Notes: a model not told the origin generated them from the letters alone. Positions 1 to 6,848 are shown, counted from the first letter of the stretch. The stretch is 8,457 bases of DNA from an uncultured archaeon (GCA_964480435.1 CAYZSS010000001.1:36147-44603); one strand, 5' to 3'. Translations and numbers: made by a program.

Positions 1-278
1 TGGGTTTGCATATACTGAACCTGAAGCCCATTTAGACCTAAACCCTGTGTGACTGTTACTTTAACTTCCGAAAGCCCAAAGTTTGTTTTTAATCCAGTTT
101 CCACTGCTTTTGCATCTACTTGGGAATCTGTTTGCATTATGATTAGGATTCCTCCCTTAAGATCTATGCTTTGAGGCACAAAAAAGGAGGCAATTAAGGA
201 AATTATAAAAATGGCTATTGGAATAGCTGCCAAATACAAATATTTCTTATTTTCAAATAAATTATCTACAAACGTCAT
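1..278 (-). CDS. SecF/SecD-like protein-export membrane protein, N-terminal fragment (gene continues past the left edge of the window)
   Basis: Not in the ORF track, so I translated it by hand. ATG is at 278..276, and the frame stays open to position 1: MTFVDNLFENKKYLYLAAIPIAIFIISLIASFFVPQSIDLKGGILIIMQTDSQVDAKAVETGLKTNFGLSEVKVTVTQGLGLNGLQVQYMQT. It has one N-terminal TM helix followed by an 'IDLKGG' motif and a short alpha/beta-looking stretch, which is how SecF/SecD first extracytoplasmic domains typically begin (G-I/L-D-F/L-x-GG). An SD-like AGGTG (complement of 286..290) lies 7 nt upstream of the ATG. Only 92 codons are visible, so the family call is tentative. Confidence 0.45.
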   Translation of the reverse strand, partial: MTFVDNLFENKKYLYLAAIPIAIFIISLIASFFVPQSIDLKGGILIIMQTDSQVDAKAVETGLKTNFGLSEVKVTVTQGLGLNGLQVQYMQT

Positions 279-392
279 CTAATCACACCTAAAAAGAGTT
301 TAACTCATTCTATTTGTTCTACTTCTGGCTCTGATTTATTTTTCAGATATCTTGTAATTAATGTATGCTAATCTTTTTATATGTTATATATT

Positions 393-398
393 AAAAAA
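393..398 (-). terminator. Oligo-T tract (T6 on the minus strand) just downstream of the pilin-like gene's stop codon; candidate archaeal intrinsic termination signal
   Basis: The minus strand reads TAG-CCCCCATTCTTTCCTTTTTTAAT, placing the T6 run 14 nt after the stop codon at 413..415. Archaeal RNA polymerase terminates at oligo-dT tracts. T/A runs are common in this AT-rich DNA, so specificity is low. Confidence 0.3.
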
Positions 399-412
399 GG
401 AAAGAATGGGGG

Positions 413-1594
413 CTAGTCTGTACAAGCAGTCCCTAGCCTATTAATACAATCAGGTGATGAAGTGCAACCAAATGAAGTTGGCAAAGAAAGTTTAGTTAAG
501 TTTTTCAAAGAGCATAAATCAGCTAAACTACCAGTAACCTGTGTATTACTTAAATTTAATGCACCTAGCTTATTTAGGTCAGATATTTTATTTATCTGCC
601 CTGTAATTTGATCACTATTAAAAAGTTGCAGTTCTGTAAGCCCGGTTAACTTCTTTAAATATTTTATGTCTCCCGTTATCGCATTATCACCAAGTTTAAT
701 CTTTTCCAAATTAGTGCAGGCATATATTTGTGACAATTTAGTTATGTTTGCTATATTAGAACTATTTAGCCCAGTAATTTGTGGTATTGGACAACTGACA
801 AAACCAGACATCATATCTGTAAGCGTAGTTTTGTTACAGCCAGGGCAGTATTCGTGTAAGCCCTCAGTTGGCAAATATATATTTACATCACAGCTAGAAC
901 CGGATTTTTTAAATTGTGTAAATATTGCCACCGCTTCCGGAAAACCAGGAAAAAACCCAAGGTAATCACAGGAGTCAAAAATTGTGTCGATATTTTCATC
1001 AGATCCGGAAAACCCCTCTTGGGCACCAGTAGAACAATTATATTTATAACCTGAGTTATTTTGCATATAACTAAAAATATAGCAAGTATTATCTATTTCT
1101 TGGGGTGCAATTAGAGAAATAGATTCAGAAGAAATTAAAAAAAAATTAGGACTACAATCATTACATAAGTCTGAGAGGTTCATATCAGAAGGCGATATGG
1201 TTTCTAGATCAATTATATCCCCATAAGACAATGAGATTTCAAGAGGCCCATCAATAATAATTTCACCATTTGGAGGAATTACAGGAGTGTCATCGGCGCT
1301 ATTATTAGATTCCACAGGAGAGCCAAGACCATAGTTAATATCATTAATTATACTATTAAAATCCCCATAAACCTGATCTACTGAATTTTGGGACTTCTTG
1401 GTTGTGCTAAGCAAAATAGTAACCACTATGGCCGCAATTAGGATTGCTGCCCCAATAATTAGTAAATATTCTATTGCACCTTGCCCACTTTTTTTAGTTA
1501 AAAAGGTGGACCCTGTTGAGATTTTTCCTAAAAATCTACAACTTGGCCCTCTTTTATTGTTCTTTTCCAATTTTCCTTTTAATAAGTTAAACAT
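413..1594 (-). CDS. Secreted or surface protein with a class III (type IV prepilin-like) signal peptide, a Cys-rich ectodomain and C-terminal leucine-rich repeats; candidate pilin-like adhesin
   Basis: 393-aa ORF counted from ATG 1594..1592. The ORF track begins 5 codons earlier at a TTG (1609), but GAGGTG (complement of 1602..1607) sits 7 nt upstream of the ATG and overlaps that TTG. All residue numbers for this gene use the 398-aa track ORF. The N-terminus has the motif KKSG|QGAIEYLLIIGAAILIAAIVVTILL, with Gly at -1, Glu at +5 and a ~22-residue hydrophobic helix, which is the type IV prepilin / archaeal class III signal architecture. After the helix there are 14 Cys and 9 N-x-S/T sequons. 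Residues ~278-393 form four to five ~23-aa repeats of the form L..L.L..N.ITG.I..L..L. Confidence 0.8.
   Translation of the reverse strand: MFNLLKGKLEKNNKRGPSCRFLGKISTGSTFLTKKSGQGAIEYLLIIGAAILIAAIVVTILLSTTKKSQNSVDQVYGDFNSIINDINYGLGSPVESNNSADDTPVIPPNGEIIIDGPLEISLSYGDIIDLETISPSDMNLSDLCNDCSPNFFLISSESISLIAPQEIDNTCYIFSYMQNNSGYKYNCSTGAQEGFSGSDENIDTIFDSCDYLGFFPGFPEAVAIFTQFKKSGSSCDVNIYLPTEGLHEYCPGCNKTTLTDMMSGFVSCPIPQITGLNSSNIANITKLSQIYACTNLEKIKLGDNAITGDIKYLKKLTGLTELQLFNSDQITGQINKISDLNKLGALNLSNTQVTGSLADLCSLKNLTKLSLPTSFGCTSSPDCINRLGTACTD
479..784 (-). other. Leucine-rich repeat (LRR) array within the pilin-like protein
   Basis: The successive units are ITGLNSSNIANITKLSQIYACTN / LEKIKLGDNAITGDIKYLKKLTG / LTELQLFNSDQITGQINKISDLNK / LGALNLSNTQVTGSLADLCSLKN / LTKLSLP... 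Their period is 23-24 aa, with conserved L..L.L..N and a '(I/V)TG.(I/L)' element that recalls the 'N.L(S/T)G.IP' class of LRRs. The repeats exist at protein level only; there is no DNA-level tandem identity. Confidence 0.7.
1409..1495 (-). other. Class III signal peptide / prepilin-like N-terminal segment (basic KK, predicted cleavage G|Q, Glu+5, hydrophobic helix)
   Basis: Encodes KKSGQGAIEYLLIIGAAILIAAIVVTILL. The arrangement (K/R)-G|Q-x-x-x-E followed by a hydrophobic helix matches substrates of archaeal prepilin peptidases (the PibD/FlaK/EppA class). No peptidase or assembly ATPase gene is present in this window. Confidence 0.6.
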
Positions 1595-1636
1595 AATATC
1601 GCACCTCAATTAGATTATAAGTATAAAACATAGATG

Positions 1637-1644
1637 TATTTATA
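1637..1644 (-). promoter_or_regulatory. Candidate archaeal TATA box for the pilin-like gene
   Basis: The minus strand reads GAAAAC-TATAAATA-C. The A-rich stretch directly upstream resembles a BRE. The box centre is ~26 nt upstream of position ~1614, which would give a ~20-nt leader containing the GAGGTG SD (1602..1607) ahead of ATG 1594. This is position-based inference in AT-rich DNA. Confidence 0.4.
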
Positions 1645-1661
1645 GTTTTCATTTTCCTAGG

Positions 1662-2912
1662 TTAGAATAATTTCTTTTGGACTTGTTTTGAAGCAGAAGC
1701 AATCCCCTGATCTATTTCTTTTTGCTTTGCTTCTTTTTCTTCCTCAGAGAAAGCAATGTAGGGAACCCCATAGTTTCCCCCTCCACCTGGTTTGTAAACT
1801 ACATACCCTTTTCTAAATGCCAATATGTATTTTGCAACAGAGTCATCAACTGCTCTTAACTTATCTTCTTTTGCAGACAGTAAAACTTCAATTTCGTTTC
1901 CAAAAACAGACACAAACTTTTCCCAGGTTTCTTGCACAGATTTTGAGAATACATTTTTTGAACCTTTTGCTAACATAATTATTTCTGCAAGAGGCAGAGT
2001 GTGTAAATATTTTGCCCTATTATATGGTTGGTTTGGAACAGATAATTCTTCAATACGCTCTGCAACTCCTTTTTTTATTAGTTTTCCGCAAGAACATTTC
2101 CAGTTATTTTGAATTGCCTGCTTTAAAGAATAAATTTTGTAACAAGAACTGCACGCTGTTCTGTTGTACATCCCTTCCTGAGGATTCAGACCAACATTAA
2201 GCAAATGCCTTTCTTTCCAGTGTTTGAATCCTTCTTTTAGACCATTATAATTAGGTGCTGACAAATCAAATTCATTAAATTCTCTACCCATCCTGTGTGG
2301 CCAGAAAGAATGTGCATCGCTATTACTTAAAAAAAGAATATTTTTCAGTTCAGCTATATTGTTTGCACCATAAGAATCCGCACTTAGCCCAAGTTCCATA
2401 AAACTTACTTTTGGTAAAAATTCACCATATGCTTCTTTTAAAGAATTATAATGTGAATAAATTGAGAAATAGGGGGTAAACGCATGAGCCGGTCCAAACA
2501 AAATTTCTTCATTTTCTAATAATTTAAATGTTTGTTCTGCACTAAGTTTTATTCTTGGTCTGCCATTCATGGGGCCATCAAGTTTTGCATATTGTCCTAG
2601 TATTTTTCTAGTATTTTCTACAGTTTCAAAATCTGGAAATAGTAAAATATGATGAACTCTTCCAGCTGTTTCTATTTCTGTTTGTAAAATAATATGTTGC
2701 TTTTGGCCTTCAACCAAATGATAAAAAGAACCTGCTTCACTTACTAAAGTAGGTTTTACTGCATCAAGCCATTCCTTATTTAAGATATCACCTGTTGCTG
2801 TCAGATTTAAACCTTTTAATCTGGAATATTTTGCAATTAGTTCAATACTTAAATTTTTACTTGTGCCTCCAGCGTTGGGGCCATGCAGATGCAAATCAGT
2901 ATAAATATGCAT
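1662..2912 (-). CDS. Endonuclease Q (EndoQ) family PHP-domain nuclease, which cleaves 5' of deaminated or damaged bases
   Basis: 416-aa ORF. It has the N-terminal PHP motif TDLHLHG and the conserved blocks I recognise from archaeal EndoQ / TIGR00375-type proteins: TATGDILNKEW, VHHILLFP, FGPAHAFTPY, MELGLSADS, FLSNSDAHS, MGREFNEF, a Zn-finger region TACSSCY...WKCSCGKLIKKGVAERIEEL, then PLAEII and KPGGGGNYG. An AGGTG SD (complement of 2918..2922) lies 5 nt upstream of the ATG. Confidence 0.85.
   Translation of the reverse strand: MHIYTDLHLHGPNAGGTSKNLSIELIAKYSRLKGLNLTATGDILNKEWLDAVKPTLVSEAGSFYHLVEGQKQHIILQTEIETAGRVHHILLFPDFETVENTRKILGQYAKLDGPMNGRPRIKLSAEQTFKLLENEEILFGPAHAFTPYFSIYSHYNSLKEAYGEFLPKVSFMELGLSADSYGANNIAELKNILFLSNSDAHSFWPHRMGREFNEFDLSAPNYNGLKEGFKHWKERHLLNVGLNPQEGMYNRTACSSCYKIYSLKQAIQNNWKCSCGKLIKKGVAERIEELSVPNQPYNRAKYLHTLPLAEIIMLAKGSKNVFSKSVQETWEKFVSVFGNEIEVLLSAKEDKLRAVDDSVAKYILAFRKGYVVYKPGGGGNYGVPYIAFSEEEKEAKQKEIDQGIASASKQVQKKLF
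2088..2153 (-). other. Putative zinc-finger segment of EndoQ (C254-x2-C257 ... C273-x-C275)
   Basis: Encodes CSSCYKIYSLKQAIQNNWKCSC, with four Cys arranged as two pairs. The second pair is CxC, whereas I remember CxxC at this site in Thermococcales EndoQ. Confidence 0.55.
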
Positions 2913-2927
2913 AAAAACACCTAAGTA

Positions 2928-2936
2928 TTATAAATA
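2928..2936 (+). promoter_or_regulatory. Candidate TATA box for the plus-strand membrane-protein gene (geometry fits a leaderless mRNA)
   Basis: TTATAAATA is centred ~28 nt upstream of ATG 2960. No SD-like motif lies between it and the ATG. That geometry is expected for an archaeal leaderless transcript. Confidence 0.35.
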
Positions 2937-2946
2937 CAAATTTAAT

Positions 2947-2955
2947 TATTATAAA
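2947..2955 (-). promoter_or_regulatory. Candidate TATA box for the endoQ gene (divergent from the membrane-protein promoter)
   Basis: The minus strand reads TTTATAATA, centred ~26 nt upstream of ~2925. That is just upstream of the AGGTG SD (2918..2922) and ATG 2912. Both divergent promoters would have to fit in the 47-bp intergenic region 2913..2959. Confidence 0.35.
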
Positions 2956-2959
2956 GAGA

Positions 2960-4117
2960 ATGTTTTTTGGAATTTTAACTACTGCCAGTGGACTTGGGTT
3001 TGGGTTGTTTTTTGGTTTTCTTAGCGGTTTAATTCCATCTTTACACATTAATCAAATAATGCCACTTGCAAGTAATTTTTTAACAGGGTTTGAGTTATAT
3101 CTTGCTGTTTTGTTTGGAAGTATTTTGTTTATCTGTTTGTCTTTTATTCCTGCATATTTTTTTATGGTGCCATCTGACGCAAATTATATATCCGTACTTC
3201 CTGGACAAGAATATTTTCAAAAAGGAAGAGCATATTCTGCACTAGTAAACACCTTGCTCGCAATATTATTTTCAACAATTCTAAGTGCTCCTTTTGTTGC
3301 TTTGCTTTTATTTTATTCTACAAAAATAATTTCCATTTACAAATATTTGGTCCCCCCGGTATTAATTTTAAGTTTATGTTTTTTATTAATTAAAAAAACA
3401 AAAAACATATTTTCTGTTTTAGTTGTAATTTTTGCAGCGGGCCTAGGGTATATTTGTTTGCGAACCACAACTGTTCAAAATCCATTGTTTGTTCTGGTTG
3501 GAGGTTTATTTGGGCTCTCAAGTGCAATATCTTTATTTTATTTTAAATCAGAGTGGGTTAAGCAAAGTACAAAAGTTGAAATTGGGAAAAACAAAATAAA
3601 AAATGGACTCTTAGCAAATGTGCTTTCTTTATTTGTAACTTTTTTTCCTGGGCTTGGTTCAGGGTTTGCTGCTTTTATTGGACAACAGTTAAAATTAGTT
3701 AAAGATAAAATTGATTATCTGCAAATAATCGGAGGAATATCTATTTCAGTTACAATCTTTTCATTTATGAATATTTACTTTACTGGAAAGGCAAGAACAG
3801 GGGCAGCATATTATTTACCACTAGAGATTCCATGGTATTATACCTATTTGCTGTGTATTGCTTTTGTTATTGTGTCTGTTTTTATAACTTGGAAAATAGG
3901 CAAGCTTTTTGTAACTCTTGGAAATAGAATCGGAGAAAAAATAAAATATGTTGTACCGGCAATTCTTTTTGTTTTGGCAGCAATAACTACAAATTTTTTT
4001 GGGATTTTTATTTTCATTCTGTGCGGGCTCTGCGGGTTTATTTGTATAGCAAGTAGTAATTCAAGAACATTAATGATGTCTGCAATTATTTTCCCTGTTT
4101 TACTTTTTTTTATATAG
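2960..4117 (+). CDS. Polytopic integral membrane protein (~11-12 TM), possibly of the TctA/DUF112 (COG1784-like) transporter family
   Basis: 385-aa ORF that is hydrophobic almost throughout (runs rich in F, L, I and G), with ~11-12 predicted helices. The segments '[12 protein letters not shown]' near the N-terminus and '[14 protein letters not shown]' mid-protein resemble the paired G-L-x-P-G motifs I associate with archaeal DUF112/TctA-like proteins. The family assignment comes from memory of motifs and was not searched. Confidence 0.75.
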   Translation: MFFGILTTASGLGFGLFFGFLSGLIPSLHINQIMPLASNFLTGFELYLAVLFGSILFICLSFIPAYFFMVPSDANYISVLPGQEYFQKGRAYSALVNTLLAILFSTILSAPFVALLLFYSTKIISIYKYLVPPVLILSLCFLLIKKTKNIFSVLVVIFAAGLGYICLRTTTVQNPLFVLVGGLFGLSSAISLFYFKSEWVKQSTKVEIGKNKIKNGLLANVLSLFVTFFPGLGSGFAAFIGQQLKLVKDKIDYLQIIGGISISVTIFSFMNIYFTGKARTGAAYYLPLEIPWYYTYLLCIAFVIVSVFITWKIGKLFVTLGNRIGEKIKYVVPAILFVLAAITTNFFGIFIFILCGLCGFICIASSNSRTLMMSAIIFPVLLFFI

Positions 4118-4324
4118 CCTGTTTGCTTTGTTGTCTTGGTAATTTTTTATAAATGCAGCTATGCTTCTATCATACTCTTTTTCGCCATCAGGAGTAAAGT
4201 AACAAGCAGGCATTTCATCACGCGCCCTATGGAAAGCTATACACTCACAACAGATTCCTTTTCTAGAACAGTGCTCATAAGTACAGGCACAATTTTTCTT
4301 ATTTTCTTCTTTTTTGCAATCCAT
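4100..4324 (-). CDS. Small Cys-rich (putative metal-binding) protein, 74 aa; resembles a conserved uncharacterised family (possibly DUF6485-like)
   Basis: [74 protein letters not shown]. The ligand pattern is C3-x8-C12-x-C14-x4-C19-x5-C25-C26-x-C28-x3-H32-x8-C41. I place the start at ATG 4324..4322, 19 nt after the rad50 stop codon, with a weak AGGA 9 nt upstream. The track's longer version (start 4396) overlaps the rad50 3' end and adds a non-descript hydrophobic extension. Confidence 0.65.
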   Translation of the reverse strand: MDCKKEENKKNCACTYEHCSRKGICCECIAFHRARDEMPACYFTPDGEKEYDRSIAAFIKNYQDNKANRLYKKK

Positions 4325-4343
4325 AATTATACATCCTAAAAAA

Positions 4344-6848
4344 TCAAATAAAACTTGCAGCATCAGTATCTTTATTTCTTTTAATGACTGCAACATTATC
4401 TGAATAAGAACTTAAAACATCGTCATGCGTAATAATTATAATCTGACCAATATATTTTGGAAGAACATCATTAATCATACTTGCCAAAGAAGTTATTGAA
4501 TTTTTGTCCAAGTTGTGTGTTGGTTCATCAAGAATTATTATGTCCAATTTATTTTGCATAGATAAACTTATTGCAATTCTTAAACACAAAGCAATTAAAG
4601 ACCTTTCCCCACCACTAACAAAAGAATCTAAATCTCTTTTATGGTTATTAAATGAGATCTCTATTTTATAATCCCCGTCCTTCACTATTATTTCTACCTG
4701 TTTAAAATCTTCGTAAGGATATATTTGTTTCCAAAGCTCAGCAAAAATTATATTTATCTTTTCAATTATTCTTTTTCTTAAATCTTCTTGTGTTTTTTTC
4801 GCTACTACATTAAATAAAGAAACATCCTCAAGGACAAGACTTTGTTTTACTTGTTTTTCTTTTTCTTTATCTATCTTGGTTTTAAATTCCAGAATAGTTC
4901 TTTCTTGTTTATCAAGATCTCGCTTGGTTTTTTTTGAGAATTCTTGATTTTCCGAGACACTACTTATTTTTGATAATAGTTCATAATATTTTTGTTCTAA
5001 ATCTGACAACTCTTTTTTATTAAATTTTAATTCTTTAAGATTTTCTTCAAGAGCTGTTTTTTGTTTTTCCAAGTCCAATAAATTGTTTGCGTATTTTTTC
5101 TGTTCAATTTGTTTTTCTAAAGTTTTCAGGCTTTTTTCTTTTTCAACCAGTAGAGAATTGTCAAAAATTATTAAGCCAAATAGTTTTTCCGCCTGTGCTT
5201 TTTTTTCTAAAACCAAATTAAGTTGTTGCACAGCAAATAAATTAGAAGATAGTTTTTCTAATTCAATTTCTTGTTCTTGAACCTTTTTTTCTAATTGCTT
5301 TACGTCTTCAAAAATAACTACTTGTTCCTCTTTTTCCCTATCAATTAAAGAATAGTCTTTTTCAAGCAATTGTTTATTTTCCAGGAAGTACAAATAATCT
5401 TTTTCTTTTTCTTGTTTCTGATTTTTTATTAGCCCTTCTTCTTTTTTTATTTTATCTAGTTCAAGACAAACTGTTTTTAATTGGTTTTTCTTTTTTTCTG
5501 ATAGTTCTAAATAGTGTTCTTTAGTTAATTCTGAGCCACACAAGGGGCAATCGTGATCCCCTTTTTCAAGAATTTTTATTTCTGATTCTAAAGATTCTTT
5601 TGTTTGCAGCCCAAAAGCAGTTGCATCCCTTGCAAAAATATATTTTTGTTCTAAATCTTTGAACTCTTTTTCAATATTTTTTAGTGACGCCAGTTTTTCT
5701 ATAATTGGCTTATATTTATCAAGCTCTAAAATATTGGACAACAGCTTTTGCTTTCTAAATTCATAGTTCCCTTTTTTTTGTTGTAATTCTAAGTATAATT
5801 CTTTTTTATTTTTTTCATAATCTTTTTTCTGTTCTTGAAGTTTTTCTAAATCCAGACTTTTTATATTTTGTATTTTTGTTTTAAATTCGCTTTCTTGTTT
5901 TTCAAACAAAGCAAGTTCTAGCGCCAGAGACTCTTTTTTTATTTTAATAGTTTTCAATTTTTCATAATCATCTTTTTCAGAAGCATACTTGTTTTGCAGT
6001 TCAGACAAGGAAAGAGTTGTTACTTCTGTTTCAGAAATTATCTTTGATAAATTAATTATTTGACCTGATATTACAGACAATTTAGAATTTATTTCTGTAA
6101 ACTTATTTTCTTTTTCTTTTAATTCTAAAACTACTTTTTTTTCGATATCAGCTGTTTTTAGAAAAATTTCTAACTCTGCGTCTGAGCTTTTTATTTTTTC
6201 ATCAAGAGCTTTTATTTGAGATTGTATTTCTAAGTAATTAAAAGATTCAAGAGTTTTTTCGTTTAATAATAAACTTTCTTTTAATGTTGATGACTTGTCT
6301 TTTAACCGCGTTAAAACTTGTTTAGAGTTTTTTTCTAAAGACTCAAAAATATCAATACCAAACACATTATCAAAAATAATTTTTCTTTCTCTTGGTTGTA
6401 TTCTTACAAAAAAATCTAATTGATTTTGTTCAGAATAATTTGCACGCATAAATAAATCAAAATTAACAAAAAATAATTCTTCAATTTTTTTATTTACATC
6501 CTGTGGCTTTGGACCAGCAATTAGCAAATCATTACAATAAATTCTTGCCTGGGATGATTTTGTTTCAAAAATGTGCCTTTCTATTTTGTAGGTATTTTCA
6601 TCAATTTCTAATTCCAAAACTAATGAGGCTTCAGTTTCTTTATTAGGTTTTTGAGTAATTAAATCTTTTATTGAGATGCTCTTGGAAACTACTGACTGTG
6701 TTGTCCCAAACAAACAAAATGCGATCCCCTCAACTATACTTGTCTTCCCAGCCCCTATGTTTCCCACAAGAACGTTTGCCCCTTTAGAGAACTCTATTGT
6801 GGTCTCCTTGTGGCTTTTCCAGTTCTTCAGGTAAAGGGATTTAAGCAT
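4344..6848 (-). CDS. rad50: DNA double-strand break repair ATPase Rad50 (SMC-like ABC ATPase with zinc hook)
   Basis: 834-aa ORF. Walker A is GNIGAGKTS (6738..6764) and the Q-loop-like motif is YSEQNQ. A ~550-aa K/E/L-rich coiled coil is interrupted at its midpoint by the CPLC hook (Cys434/Cys437). The ABC signature SGGER and Walker B DIIILDEP are at 4524..4616, followed by the H-loop IIIITHDD. The N-terminus [20 protein letters not shown] matches the Rad50/SbcC beta-strand start. Confidence 0.92.
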   Translation of the reverse strand: MLKSLYLKNWKSHKETTIEFSKGANVLVGNIGAGKTSIVEGIAFCLFGTTQSVVSKSISIKDLITQKPNKETEASLVLELEIDENTYKIERHIFETKSSQARIYCNDLLIAGPKPQDVNKKIEELFFVNFDLFMRANYSEQNQLDFFVRIQPRERKIIFDNVFGIDIFESLEKNSKQVLTRLKDKSSTLKESLLLNEKTLESFNYLEIQSQIKALDEKIKSSDAELEIFLKTADIEKKVVLELKEKENKFTEINSKLSVISGQIINLSKIISETEVTTLSLSELQNKYASEKDDYEKLKTIKIKKESLALELALFEKQESEFKTKIQNIKSLDLEKLQEQKKDYEKNKKELYLELQQKKGNYEFRKQKLLSNILELDKYKPIIEKLASLKNIEKEFKDLEQKYIFARDATAFGLQTKESLESEIKILEKGDHDCPLCGSELTKEHYLELSEKKKNQLKTVCLELDKIKKEEGLIKNQKQEKEKDYLYFLENKQLLEKDYSLIDREKEEQVVIFEDVKQLEKKVQEQEIELEKLSSNLFAVQQLNLVLEKKAQAEKLFGLIIFDNSLLVEKEKSLKTLEKQIEQKKYANNLLDLEKQKTALEENLKELKFNKKELSDLEQKYYELLSKISSVSENQEFSKKTKRDLDKQERTILEFKTKIDKEKEKQVKQSLVLEDVSLFNVVAKKTQEDLRKRIIEKINIIFAELWKQIYPYEDFKQVEIIVKDGDYKIEISFNNHKRDLDSFVSGGERSLIALCLRIAISLSMQNKLDIIILDEPTHNLDKNSITSLASMINDVLPKYIGQIIIITHDDVLSSYSDNVAVIKRNKDTDAASFI
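5538..5549 (-). other. Rad50 zinc-hook CxxC motif (CPLC)
   Basis: Encodes C434-P-L-C437 within [12 protein letters not shown], almost exactly midway along the 834-aa protein and flanked on both sides by heptad-like K/E/L-rich sequence. Confidence 0.85.

Noticed and set aside
279-412. The 134-nt intergenic region, the largest internal one in the window, examined for a tRNA, a small RNA or a small ORF. A ~27-codon plus-strand ORF starts at ATG 361.
   Set aside because: It is very AT-rich with no GC-rich stems or tRNA-like cloverleaf segments. The mini-ORF has no SD and reads into the antisense of the pilin-like gene. The region is better explained as terminator (T6) plus TATA-rich promoter and leader for the SecF-like gene.
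666-965. 99-aa plus-strand ORF, and similarly 1398..1613, 1825..2112, 2012..2200, 4136..4339 and 5083..5280.
   Set aside because: Each lies entirely antisense to a longer minus-strand gene with clear family motifs. Their translations are low-complexity, F/L/S/I-rich mirror images of K/E/N-rich coding sequence. They have no SD or promoter context and no recognisable motifs, so they are typical shadow ORFs in AT-rich DNA.
1662-2912. Idea that the PHP-domain protein could be a non-orthologous Mre11 substitute or a generic PHP phosphoesterase.
   Set aside because: Its motif series matches EndoQ-family proteins along the whole length, including the Zn finger and the C-terminal GGGG.YG block. It is also separated from rad50 by two genes, one of them on the opposite strand.
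4325-4396. N-terminal extension of the small Cys-rich ORF into the 3' end of rad50.
   Set aside because: It would require a 53-nt out-of-frame overlap with rad50. The extra 24 residues are non-descript, and the ATG at 4324 starts the Cys-rich core just past the rad50 stop codon. A start at the internal Met (4363) cannot be fully excluded.
4700-6400. Repeat-like, T-rich low-complexity DNA on the plus strand (many tttttc/ttttct runs) that could be taken for tandem repeats or a degenerate array.
   Set aside because: This is the antisense of the Rad50 coiled-coil coding region, which is dense in AAA, GAA and AAG codons. I see no fixed-period DNA repeat, no direct-repeat/spacer organisation and an uninterrupted 834-codon frame. 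It is not a CRISPR array or a satellite.
4344-6848. Possibility that the SMC-like ATPase is a defence-system component (Lamassu LmuB, Wadjet JetC, or a Septu/Gabija-type ATPase) rather than housekeeping Rad50.
   Set aside because: It has a centrally placed CxxC zinc hook, a full Rad50-type motif set and symmetric coiled-coil arms. It sits next to radA with no effector-like nuclease, kleisin or KleE-type partner ORFs in the window. Housekeeping Rad50 is the simpler reading, although the missing mre11 neighbour is flagged as a finding.
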